NCBI GenBank assembly: GCA_041650715.1
Contig: JBAZKQ010000001.1
Coordinates: 518,945 to 582,944, forward strand
Length of the DNA stretch: 64,000 nucleotides
Direction: 5' to 3'
From: Patescibacteria group bacterium
GTDB lineage: Bacteria > Patescibacteriota > Patescibacteriia > Patescibacteriales > UBA12465
The translations under genes and the position numbers were made by a program. A model generated the notes under the pieces. The model was not told the DNA's origin, did not search any database, and worked only from the letters and a program-made list of their open reading frames with translations. This document shows, in pieces, positions 19,636 through 28,630 of this stretch; position 1 is the first letter of the stretch, and every line of letters begins with the position of its first letter.

Positions 19636-19647
19636 AAATATTATAAA

Positions 19648-19761
19648 TTACCCCTGTCTTTGTTTATGTTTAGGGTTTTTGCAAATAACATGAACCCGAC
19701 CCTTACGGCGGACCACCTTACAATCCTTGCAAATTTTTTTAGCGCTGGCTCTTACTTTCAT
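19648..19761 (-). CDS. rpmJ: 50S ribosomal protein L36
   Basis: Too short for the ORF track. My translation is [37 protein letters not shown], then TAA. Lies between infA and rpsM. Confidence 0.93.
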   Translation of the reverse strand: MKVRASAKKICKDCKVVRRKGRVHVICKNPKHKQRQG

Positions 19762-19784
19762 ATGGAAAATTTAATTTTATAAAT

Positions 19785-20042
19785 TTAGAGACGATAGGTG
19801 ATCCGACCCTTGGTTAAATCATAAGGGCTGATCTGCATTCTTACTTTATCGCCAGGCAACAACCTAATCTTATTCATCCGCATTTTACCGGATAAGTGGG
19901 CCGAAATCTCATGGCCATTTTCCAATTTAACGCGAAAAGTAGCGGCTGGCATCAACTCCAGCACCTCCCCTTGCATCTCAATAAAATCCTTGGCATTAAG
20001 GGTATCGGTACTATCAGTTGTCTTATCCCTGTCTTTTGACAT
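19785..20042 (-). CDS. infA: Translation initiation factor IF-1
   Basis: Core [63 protein letters not shown]. The ATG is at 20042; the track start at 20048 is a GTG. Confidence 0.93.
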   Translation of the reverse strand: MSKDRDKTTDSTDTLNAKDFIEMQGEVLELMPAATFRVKLENGHEISAHLSGKMRMNKIRLLPGDKVRMQISPYDLTKGRITYRL

Positions 20043-20048
20043 TAACAC

Positions 20049-20087
20049 AAAAAAATTTGATAAAGACTTATTGTCCCCTTTATCAAA
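20049..20087 (-). terminator. Terminator-like hairpin plus U7 immediately upstream of infA
   Basis: Perfect 10-bp stem TTTGATAAAG/CTTTATCAAA (20087..20078 with 20065..20056) and a 12-nt loop. T7 follows on the minus strand at 20055..20049. Confidence 0.75.
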
Positions 20088-20135
20088 ATCTATTATAAAA
20101 AATTAGTTTTTTCTAATAATATTCTTAATAAAATT

Positions 20136-20164
20136 ATTATAGGGATAAGTAATCAAGTTGTCAA
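20136..20164 (-). promoter_or_regulatory. Consensus sigma70-type promoter for the infA-rpoA operon
   Basis: Minus strand reads TTGACA (20164..20159, overlapping the alaS TGA), exactly 17 nt, then TATAAT (20141..20136). Confidence 0.6.
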
Positions 20165-22056
20165 GAGTTCTCATCCCGGATTAAGACCGCTTTAATGCGC
20201 CTTACTCCTGAACTTGAGGCCTCTTCCTTTTGAATCTTAAAATGCCCTAAAATACCCGTATTTGCGACGTGCGGGCCACCGCAGATTTCCTGTGAGAAGG
20301 CTTCGGCTATCTGGGGTTTACCCTCTGAGTCGAGAGAGGAAACAGTATAAACCTTAACCTTTTCCCCATATTTCGAATCAAACACACCCATGGCGCCTCT
20401 TTTCTTGGCGTCTTCGAGTGAAAACTCCTCACAAACAACATCCAAATTACGTTTAATTGCGCCATTAACCAAGGTCTCTACCTCGGCAATTTGCTCGGGC
20501 GTCATCTTCTCGGGATGAGCAAAGTCTAAACGTAGTCTTTCGGCGGTGATATTACTTCCCTTTTGGGTAACGTGCGTGCCGAGAACCTGACGTAGAGCAG
20601 CAATAAGGAGATGCGCAGCCGTATGAAGTTTAGTCGTTTCTTCGCCGGCATCAGCTAAGCCGCCCTTAAATTTACCGGCGGAAGCGGTGCGCGAAAGATC
20701 CTGATGTTTTTTTAGTTCTTCTTCGAAGCCGGCCCGATTAACTGTTTTCCCTTCCTCCTGAGCGAGCTCTTCGGTCATCTCCAAAGGAAAACCATAGCTT
20801 TGATATAAATTAAAAGCCTCGGCGCCATTAATATTTTTCGTCTCGAGTTTTTTAAATTCAATTAAACCTTTTTCCAGAGTGCGGTTAAATTTTTCTTCTT
20901 CTTTGGCAAACTCAATAAAAATATTTTTTTGATTCCGCGCTAATTCCGGATAGGAATTTTTATAATCATCAATAACAACTTGTGAAACCTGGCTTAACCA
21001 TAATGGTTCGGTGATGCCGAGATGCCGGCCGTAGCGAATAGCACGGCGCAAGAGACGTCGGACAACATAACCTTGATCAGTATTAGACGGCGTTACGCCT
21101 TTATCATCACCGACAATGAAAGTTGCCGCCTTAATATGGTCGGCCACAATTTCAAAATCACGGGTATTATCTTCGTATTTTTTACCCGACAACTCTTCTA
21201 TTTTCGCTATTATGCGATTAAAAAGATCTGTTTTGTAAATACTATCTTGTGCCTCAAGTACCATTAATATTCTTTCCAGGCCCCCACCAAAGTCAACATT
21301 TCTTGTTTCGAGCTCCGTCCAACCCACTTCCGTTTTTTTATACTGCATAAAAACAGAATTGCCGATTTCTAAAAAACGTCCGCAATCACAGTTCACGTGG
21401 CACTGAGGACCGAATTTTTTATCATGCGCCCGGCCAGTATCATAAAAGGTTTCGCTATCGGAACCCCCGAGCTCGCCGATTGAATCGCCCCGCTTCCACC
21501 AATTTTTATCGCGATAAGCAAAAATTCTTTCCTTACTAAAATCGATTTCTTTGCCTGACCCCAATTCTCCTTTAGTGAGCGTCGTTGGGCCTTCTTCAGA
21601 GCTGACGCCATATTTTTTGAATAAATCCTTTAGCAGCGCTATTGTCTCTTCGTCTTTCTTAATCTTGCCATCTTCACTTCCCGCATACACACTTTGATAA
21701 ATTTTACTCGGATCAAGTTTTAATTCTTCAAATAGAAACGTAAACAACCAAGTAATCTGTTCTTTTTTAAAATAATCACCGAGCGACCAATTCCCCAGCA
21801 TTTCGAAAAAAGTATTATGGCGGCGGTCGCCGACCTCATCGATATCTTCCGTGCGAAAGCATTTTTGGCTATTGACCAAGCGAATACCCGCCGGATGCTT
21901 TTCACCCAGTAAATACGGGACTAAAGGAAACATACCGGAATTAGTAAATAGCAAAGTCGAGTCATTTTCCGGTAACAAAGACGCACTCGAAATCACGGCG
22001 TGATTATGAGCCTTAAAAAATTCTAAATATTTTTGGCGGAGTTCGCTTGAGGTCAT
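20161..22056 (-). CDS. alaS: Alanyl-tRNA synthetase, short form ending after the editing domain
   Basis: Begins with an LRQKYLEFFKAHNH...FTNSGMFPLVPYLLG catalytic core, followed by the editing-domain HTAAHLL and CGGPHV motifs. Its length is 631 aa, versus about 870 aa for canonical AlaRS. Confidence 0.93.
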   Translation of the reverse strand: MTSSELRQKYLEFFKAHNHAVISSASLLPENDSTLLFTNSGMFPLVPYLLGEKHPAGIRLVNSQKCFRTEDIDEVGDRRHNTFFEMLGNWSLGDYFKKEQITWLFTFLFEELKLDPSKIYQSVYAGSEDGKIKKDEETIALLKDLFKKYGVSSEEGPTTLTKGELGSGKEIDFSKERIFAYRDKNWWKRGDSIGELGGSDSETFYDTGRAHDKKFGPQCHVNCDCGRFLEIGNSVFMQYKKTEVGWTELETRNVDFGGGLERILMVLEAQDSIYKTDLFNRIIAKIEELSGKKYEDNTRDFEIVADHIKAATFIVGDDKGVTPSNTDQGYVVRRLLRRAIRYGRHLGITEPLWLSQVSQVVIDDYKNSYPELARNQKNIFIEFAKEEEKFNRTLEKGLIEFKKLETKNINGAEAFNLYQSYGFPLEMTEELAQEEGKTVNRAGFEEELKKHQDLSRTASAGKFKGGLADAGEETTKLHTAAHLLIAALRQVLGTHVTQKGSNITAERLRLDFAHPEKMTPEQIAEVETLVNGAIKRNLDVVCEEFSLEDAKKRGAMGVFDSKYGEKVKVYTVSSLDSEGKPQIAEAFSQEICGGPHVANTGILGHFKIQKEEASSSGVRRIKAVLIRDENS

Positions 22057-22072
22057 ATGTTTTCTTAAATAT

Positions 22073-23092
22073 CTATATTATATTAACTTCTTCATTTATT
22101 TCAATCCCAAATTTCTTTTTGACGCCTGCTTTTACTTTTTTAACCAAGGACAGCACGTCTTTGGCGGTCGCACCCCCGTGATTAACGAGGATAAGTGCCT
22201 GGTGCTCATACATACTAACCGGACCTATTTGTTTACCTTTAAAACCCGCCTGCTCGATTAACCAGCCGGTCGGAATTTTAACCGTGGCTTTTCCAACCGG
22301 GAAATTAGGGATATTCGGATATTTTTTCAATAACCCGGCAAATTTACGCCGACTGATTTCCGCATTCTTAAAAAATGAGCCGGCATTAGCTAATACGCCA
22401 GGATTCGGTAATTTACTGTTTCTGATTTCAGTAATCACTTTAACAATATCACTTTGATATGGCTCGCTTATCCCCTTTTTTAGAAGTTCTTCACGAATCG
22501 AGCCATAATCTAATTTAAAGTCTGGCGCTCGTTTTAACTTCATGGTCACCGCGTAAATAAAATATTTTCCCTTGAGTTTATTCTTAAAAATACTATCGCG
22601 ATAGCCGAACTTACAATCCGCCGCCGCAAATATTTTTTCGTGACCAGTTTTCAAATCAATCGCTTTCAAGTGATAAAAATAATCTTTGAGCTCCACGCCG
22701 TAAGCGCCAATGTTCTGCATCGGGGCCGCACCGACCGTACCGTAAATCAAAAATAAGTTTTCCAAACCATAAAAATCATGGCTGACGGTATAACTGACAA
22801 ATTTAGTCCAAGACTCACCCGACATCGCTTCAACGAGAGCATAATCATCTTCCCGCGCCAAAATTTCGATTCCGCGAATTTCATTCTTCAAGACCAGGCC
22901 CTTAACTTTTCCGGAAATTAGGATATTTGATCCGCCACCGATAATATGAATTACTTTTTTATTTATTTTTGCCCATTCAATCGCTTCCCGTAAATCAGCT
23001 AAACTCTTGATAACGGCAAAAAATTCGGCTGCTTGGCCGATTTTAAAAGTAGTGAGAGGGGCTAAATTGAAGTTCTTCTCTATTTTAAGCAT
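22073..23092 (-). CDS. murB: UDP-N-acetylenolpyruvoylglucosamine reductase
   Basis: 339 aa with APLTTFKIG, GGGSNIL, AGSFFKN and GWLIEQAGFKG motifs. Confidence 0.92.
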   Translation of the reverse strand: MLKIEKNFNLAPLTTFKIGQAAEFFAVIKSLADLREAIEWAKINKKVIHIIGGGSNILISGKVKGLVLKNEIRGIEILAREDDYALVEAMSGESWTKFVSYTVSHDFYGLENLFLIYGTVGAAPMQNIGAYGVELKDYFYHLKAIDLKTGHEKIFAAADCKFGYRDSIFKNKLKGKYFIYAVTMKLKRAPDFKLDYGSIREELLKKGISEPYQSDIVKVITEIRNSKLPNPGVLANAGSFFKNAEISRRKFAGLLKKYPNIPNFPVGKATVKIPTGWLIEQAGFKGKQIGPVSMYEHQALILVNHGGATAKDVLSLVKKVKAGVKKKFGIEINEEVNII

Positions 23093-23150
23093 GCTTTAAT
23101 TATAGGATAATACCAGAAAAAATCAAATTATCCCTTATTTTTTCTGGGTT

Positions 23151-24947
23151 TTAGTCAACTTCACCGAGTGCCTGTAATTTCAGTAGTTTCGCGTAAAGGC
23201 CGCCCGTTAAGTGCGAGAGCTCGCTATGGCTGCCTGTTTCCGCGACTCGTCCGTTTTCGAGCACGATAATCTTATCGGCCTTACGGATAGTGCTTAAACG
23301 ATGGGCAATAATTATCATCGTTCGACCGTGACTGATTTTTTCCATTGCGTCCTGGATTAATATTTCACTCTGGCTATCTAAATTCGAGGTCGCTTCATCG
23401 AAAATTAAAATTCGCGGATTGGCGAGTATCGCGCGCGCAATACCGATGCGCTGGCGTTGGCCGCCCGAAAGACGAATTCCCCGCTCGCCGACCATGGTGT
23501 CATAAGTTTTATCAAGTTTAAGAATGAACTCTTCGGCGTTAGCGATACGCGCGGCGGCTTGAATTTCTTTAAACGAAGCGCTCGGTTTCGCATAGGCAAT
23601 ATTCTCACTCACACTCAGATCAAAAATTTCCACTTCCTGGGGAACAATTGCCAAAAATTTTCGAAACGACCGTAAATCATAATCACGCAAATCTTTTCCG
23701 TCCAAGAGCACGCGCCCTGTTTGGGGATCGTAATGGCGATAAAGCAAGCGCGCAATCGTTGTCTTCCCGCCGCCGGACGGACCAACTAAAGCGACTGAGG
23801 AGCCGGAACTGATTTTAAAACTTAAATTTTCGACCGCCGGTTTAGAATTATCACCATAAAAGAAAGAAACATCTTCGAATTTAATCTCGCCGGTAATTTT
23901 CTTCGGTTTCAGGCCGTTCTTCTTATTAATAATTGAAGACTGGCTTTTAAATAATTTTAGCAGTCGGCTGACGCCTTCGCGGCCTTCCTCCATGCGATCA
24001 TAAAAACGCGAAAGGCGATCCAGCGAAATATAGGCTTTCTCACTCAGTGTAAAGACGAAAATCAAAGTGCCGACGCCGAGTGTTCCTTTATATACGAAGT
24101 AAACCCCTAAAAATAAAACGACGGCCCGGCCAATATCGACAATCGCGCTGCGGCCCAGACTAATTTTCATCATCCAGCCGAATTGCTTATTTTCATTTTC
24201 TCGAACTTTAATTTTAATCTTATCGAATTCGCTCAGCTCTCTTTTTTCCTGGACGAATGACTGGACGGCATTAATATTAATAATCGCCTGGCCCATTTTT
24301 CCGGATGCGACTTCATAATCTTTATAAATCGCTTTGCGCACCGGATACATGCGTTTATTGGCGTAGTAAGTAACGACTAAATAAAGGGGAGCAAAAAATA
24401 AAAAGGACAAACCGATGCGCCACTCCGCCCAGAATAAAGCGCCGAGCGTCAGCACTAATTGAATAAAGGTCGGTGCTACCTCCCAAAAAATATTATTGAT
24501 AAATTGAGAAATTTTATCGATTCCCCGTTCAACCTTAACGATTTTGGCGCCGGTATTTTCCCGCTCGTGGTAGCCCAAATCAAGCGAAACGAGTTTTTCC
24601 TGCGCCTTGATGCCCAAATGATATTCAATTTCGACGAGCAAGCGCAATATCCGGCGATCGCTAAAATATTCAAGGACGGAGGCAAGCTGGCTGGCCGCAA
24701 AATATAAAACAATGAGCTTAATTAATAAAACCAGGCTTTCTTTATTAAAGCCATTTAAACCGTCAATCAGTAATTTCAAAAGATAGGGAGTGACCAGGCC
24801 CAGGACGGCGGTCGCGGAAATAAAAAGAGTAATCGTATAAAAAAACTTCCGGAAAGGCTTTAATATCTTCCAGAGTTCCTGCCAAAAAAGACTCCAAGAA
24901 ATTGTTTCTTTTTTCGCCTCTTCCTGATTATCAATTTCATCGGCCAT
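23151..24947 (-). CDS. ABC exporter, fused permease and ATPase (MsbA/ABCB-like)
   Basis: 598 aa with 6 predicted TM helices, then GPSGGGKTT (Walker A), LSGGQRQR (signature) and ILIFDEATS (Walker B). Its start overlaps the murC stop by 11 nt. Confidence 0.9.
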   Translation of the reverse strand: MADEIDNQEEAKKETISWSLFWQELWKILKPFRKFFYTITLFISATAVLGLVTPYLLKLLIDGLNGFNKESLVLLIKLIVLYFAASQLASVLEYFSDRRILRLLVEIEYHLGIKAQEKLVSLDLGYHERENTGAKIVKVERGIDKISQFINNIFWEVAPTFIQLVLTLGALFWAEWRIGLSFLFFAPLYLVVTYYANKRMYPVRKAIYKDYEVASGKMGQAIININAVQSFVQEKRELSEFDKIKIKVRENENKQFGWMMKISLGRSAIVDIGRAVVLFLGVYFVYKGTLGVGTLIFVFTLSEKAYISLDRLSRFYDRMEEGREGVSRLLKLFKSQSSIINKKNGLKPKKITGEIKFEDVSFFYGDNSKPAVENLSFKISSGSSVALVGPSGGGKTTIARLLYRHYDPQTGRVLLDGKDLRDYDLRSFRKFLAIVPQEVEIFDLSVSENIAYAKPSASFKEIQAAARIANAEEFILKLDKTYDTMVGERGIRLSGGQRQRIGIARAILANPRILIFDEATSNLDSQSEILIQDAMEKISHGRTMIIIAHRLSTIRKADKIIVLENGRVAETGSHSELSHLTGGLYAKLLKLQALGEVD

Positions 24948-26358
24948 ATTTTAATAAAGTTTCTCCCAAACGAAAGACATCACCCGCGCCCATCAGTAGT
25001 AGCAAGTCGGATGAATTTAATTTACCGCGAAAATAAGCAGCCGCTTCGCTAATCGTGGCGATATGCCGCACTTTTTGCTCGAGTCCCCGCCCCGAATTAT
25101 ATTTAGCAATTGCCTTAACAAGCTGAGCACTCGAGACACCGCCTTGCTTTTCGCGGGCCGAGCCATAAATATCGAGCACAATCAATTCGTCGCTTCTCGT
25201 GAAACTCGTCACGAAATCTTTAAAGAGCGCTTTAGTCCGAGTATAGGTATGGGGATGGAAGACAGTAATGATATTTTTCCGCGGATAGCGCGCCCGAACG
25301 CCCTCAAGAGTCGCTTGAATCTCGGTCGGATGATGCGCGTAGTCGTCAATGATTGTTGACCCGCGATAAGTCCCCAAAACTTGCGCCCGTCTTTCCGTGC
25401 CTTTAAAGCCGGCTAAATGTTTCCGAATAGTTTCAAGCGGGACGCCGAGTGTTCGTGCCGCCGCGATAACTGCCAAGGCATTATAAACATTATGTTCGCC
25501 CCAAAGAGAAATTTTAAATTCACCCCAATCATTAACCGTGAAAGTAAGCAGTCCGCGCTTAATTTTTAAATTTTGTGCCAAATAATTTACAGTCGGCACA
25601 GTCCCTCCGGTCGGGGCTACATCATAAGTCATTACCCGTCCGCGGCAATATTTTTTTATTTTTTTTGTCTCAAAGTCGTGATTATTCATCACCAGCCAAC
25701 CGCCCGCCGGAATTTTTTTAATGAAGTCGGCAAAAACTTTCGTATAAGCGGCTTGATTCTTAAAATAATCAGGATGATCAAATTCGATATTATTTAAAAC
25801 TACTCCCTGGGGAGAACAATACTGCAATTTATTTTTATATTCATCAACTTCCGCCACGAAATATTTAGCGCTGCCGATTAAGCTGCTGCCATTAAACTGG
25901 GGTACGCGCGAACCGACGAGCACATTGGGCTTCTTGCCGGCCTTCGCTAAAACATAACCGAGCCAAGCCGAAGTCGTGGTCTTACCATGGCTGCCGCAAA
26001 CCGCAATCCCGTAATATTCATTAAAAACCTGGCCCAAAGCTTCGGAATAAGTAATCACGGGAATATTCTTAAAGCGCGCCGAATTCTTCTTGATATAGCT
26101 GAGTTCACTATTATTTTCCGGGCTATAAGCGAGCGAATGAATAATTAAATCCGTATTATCGGGAATATTTTGCGGGGCAAAGGGAGAAAATACTTTTATT
26201 TTTTCCTTTTTTAGAACGCGATCCGTCATAAAGGACTCGGGGTTATCCGAACCGCTAATCCGATTTCCCTTCTTCACTAAAAACTGGGCAAGCATAGTCA
26301 TACCTACGCCCTTTACTCCAATCAAATAAATATTTTTTTTACTTTTATTTTTAGACAT
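24937..26358 (-). CDS. murC: UDP-N-acetylmuramate--L-alanine ligase
   Basis: GVKGVGMTMLAQFL and GSHGKTTTSA motifs; 473 aa; sits in the mur cluster. Confidence 0.93.
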   Translation of the reverse strand: MSKNKSKKNIYLIGVKGVGMTMLAQFLVKKGNRISGSDNPESFMTDRVLKKEKIKVFSPFAPQNIPDNTDLIIHSLAYSPENNSELSYIKKNSARFKNIPVITYSEALGQVFNEYYGIAVCGSHGKTTTSAWLGYVLAKAGKKPNVLVGSRVPQFNGSSLIGSAKYFVAEVDEYKNKLQYCSPQGVVLNNIEFDHPDYFKNQAAYTKVFADFIKKIPAGGWLVMNNHDFETKKIKKYCRGRVMTYDVAPTGGTVPTVNYLAQNLKIKRGLLTFTVNDWGEFKISLWGEHNVYNALAVIAAARTLGVPLETIRKHLAGFKGTERRAQVLGTYRGSTIIDDYAHHPTEIQATLEGVRARYPRKNIITVFHPHTYTRTKALFKDFVTSFTRSDELIVLDIYGSAREKQGGVSSAQLVKAIAKYNSGRGLEQKVRHIATISEAAAYFRGKLNSSDLLLLMGAGDVFRLGETLLKYGR

Positions 26359-26359
26359 T

Positions 26360-27454
26360 TTATTTAAGCATTTCCCAGATAATCGCCGCGATACTCTCGG
26401 CGGCGTCCGGTTTCATAATTTTAGCGATATTGCGGCTCAAACTTCCCCTTAATTTTGTGTCACCGATGGTTTCAATAATTGCCTTACTTAATCCGGCCGC
26501 TGTCAAATTAATTTGGCTTAGAACCAGCGCGGCGTCGCGAGATTTAAAAAGGGCGGCATTTTCTTCTTGATGGCTCCGAGGCATCGGAATTAAAATTGTG
26601 GCCTTACCGAGACTGGCTAACTCCGTTAAGGCTCCGAAGCCGCAACGCGAAATAACGAGGTCAGCGGCGGCCATCAAACTTAGAACTTCTTCCTGGGGTA
26701 AAAATTCAAAAGCTTGATAGGCTTCATTTTTAATACTTGTTTCCGATTTCTTGCCGCGCCCGGTTAAATGAACAAGTTGACAAGTATTAAGTAGACTTGG
26801 TAGTGTCTCCTGGATTAAATTATTAATGGCGGCCGCGCCTGTCCCGCCGCCGATAACCATGAGCAGCGGCTTATCGAGGCTAAAACCATAACGGTTCCGC
26901 GTCGCTACCCCCTTCATCTGGTAGCCGCTAATATCCTTAAGCGGGTTGCCGGTTAAAACTGCCCGCGGTCCGTAATCAATTAATGACTTTTCAAAAGTAA
27001 CGGTAATAACGCGCGCAAACGGCGCCATCAAGCGATTGGCTAAGCCGGCGCGAATATCCTGCTGGTGGATTAAAATCGGTATTTTTCTGGCGGCGGCGGC
27101 CCAAACTAAAGGCACGCTCACAAAGCCGCCCGCACTCATCACTAAATCGGGTTGTTCTCTTTTTAAAATTTTTAAAGCCTTAAAAAAGGCGGCCAGCGTC
27201 TTAAAAAAATCCCAAATATTACGCCAGGAAAAATAACGCCGCCATTTCCCGCTATTAAGACTGATGAATTTTATTTTGCCTTCCTTGAACTTGGCGCTTA
27301 ATTCTTGGGCCGGGCTATTTGCGGTATCGACAAAAATTAAATTTAAATTCTCCTCATCTTTAAGCAGTTCGGCGGCCACTGCCAAAAGTGGAGTGACCGG
27401 TCCGCCCGTTCCTCCCCCGGATAAGATAATTGTGTGGCTTTTTTTATTTTCCAT
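26360..27454 (-). CDS. murG: Lipid II-forming UDP-GlcNAc transferase MurG
   Basis: N-terminal SGGGTGGPVTPLLAVA glycine loop; 364 aa; lies between ftsW and murC. Confidence 0.9.
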   Translation of the reverse strand: MENKKSHTIILSGGGTGGPVTPLLAVAAELLKDEENLNLIFVDTANSPAQELSAKFKEGKIKFISLNSGKWRRYFSWRNIWDFFKTLAAFFKALKILKREQPDLVMSAGGFVSVPLVWAAAARKIPILIHQQDIRAGLANRLMAPFARVITVTFEKSLIDYGPRAVLTGNPLKDISGYQMKGVATRNRYGFSLDKPLLMVIGGGTGAAAINNLIQETLPSLLNTCQLVHLTGRGKKSETSIKNEAYQAFEFLPQEEVLSLMAAADLVISRCGFGALTELASLGKATILIPMPRSHQEENAALFKSRDAALVLSQINLTAAGLSKAIIETIGDTKLRGSLSRNIAKIMKPDAAESIAAIIWEMLK

Positions 27455-27457
27455 ATT

Positions 27458-28612
27458 TTAAGCGTGATTGCGTGATTTTCGCGTCTGCTTACTAATGTTA
27501 ACCAGAATGCCCATGGCAATCATATTGGATAAAATGGCTGATCCGCCGGCGGAAATAAAAGGAAGCGGCACGCCGGTCATCGGAATTAAATTAATCATGC
27601 CGCCGATATTTAAGAATGTTTGTACGGCTAGCCACACGACAATTCCCGTGGCGAGCGCCCCGCCGTATAAATCAGGCGCACCGCGCGCAATGAGCAGACC
27701 GCGGTAAAAAATAAAAAGATAGAGCAAAAGCAAAAGGGCGCTAAAGAAAAAACCGATTTCTTCCGCAATGATCGGAAAAATTGAATCGCCCCAGACTTCC
27801 GGCAAATACATGAACTTCTGACGACTCTGGCCGATACCGCGCCCGAACCAGCCGCCGGAGCCGACGGCTATCAGCGATTGATTAATCTGATAACATTTAT
27901 CCTGCGCGCTATAACTCGGATCCTTCAGACATTTAAAACGATCTGTTTGGTAGGATGTCTTTAGACTCAACATAATAAAAAGCAATAATGCGGCCGACAC
28001 GACAACCAAAAAAATATGTGTAACTTTTCCGCCGCCGGTAAAAAAAACAACCATCGCGGAAAAGGCGATAATGAATAAAGTTCCCAAGTCGGGCTGGGCA
28101 AGCATCAGGACACTGATAACGCCTAAAATCGCCAAAAAAGGTAAAATACCGCTGGAAAAACTGTTTAATTCCCCTTTTTTCGCCTCAAGCCAGGTCGCCA
28201 AATAAATCAAGAAAGACAGCTTCACAAGCTCCGAGGGCTGGAAAGAATAACCAAAAACATTTATCCAGCTATGGGCCGTTCCGTAAGTCGCGCGAATACC
28301 CGGCACAAAAACTAAAATCAGTAGAATAATGGAAGCAAAGAGAAAAAAAACGGCATATTTTTTCAGGCGGCGATAATCAAAACGGGACACGAACCAAAAT
28401 GCGGCCACAGCAATGATAACCCAAATAAACTGCCGAAAAAAATAATGGTAAGTATTGCCATAGCGCGAAAATGAAACCACCGAAGAGGCGCTAAAAAGCA
28501 TCATCAGCCCGAAAGCGATTAGTCCGAACATCGCCGTAATTAAACTCTTGTCGGGCTCATGCTCGCTCGACTGGGGCGATTTAATTTTACTGATAAAGCG
28601 CTTAAAAGCCAT
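27458..28612 (-). CDS. ftsW: SEDS family peptidoglycan polymerase (FtsW/RodA)
   Basis: 384 aa, about 10 TM helices, with YLPEVWGDSIFPIIAEEIGF and PLPFISAGGSA motifs. Confidence 0.88.
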   Translation of the reverse strand: MAFKRFISKIKSPQSSEHEPDKSLITAMFGLIAFGLMMLFSASSVVSFSRYGNTYHYFFRQFIWVIIAVAAFWFVSRFDYRRLKKYAVFFLFASIILLILVFVPGIRATYGTAHSWINVFGYSFQPSELVKLSFLIYLATWLEAKKGELNSFSSGILPFLAILGVISVLMLAQPDLGTLFIIAFSAMVVFFTGGGKVTHIFLVVVSAALLLFIMLSLKTSYQTDRFKCLKDPSYSAQDKCYQINQSLIAVGSGGWFGRGIGQSRQKFMYLPEVWGDSIFPIIAEEIGFFFSALLLLLYLFIFYRGLLIARGAPDLYGGALATGIVVWLAVQTFLNIGGMINLIPMTGVPLPFISAGGSAILSNMIAMGILVNISKQTRKSRNHA

Positions 28613-28630
28613 ATTACAAAATTATAAGCT

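Noticed and set aside
23113-23147. An 11-bp perfect inverted repeat CCAGAAAAAAT/ATTTTTTCTGG between the ABC exporter and murB.
   Set aside because: It is almost entirely A/T pairs, with a 13-nt loop and no clear U-tract after it. It is probably a weak structure of little consequence and is not reported as a terminator.
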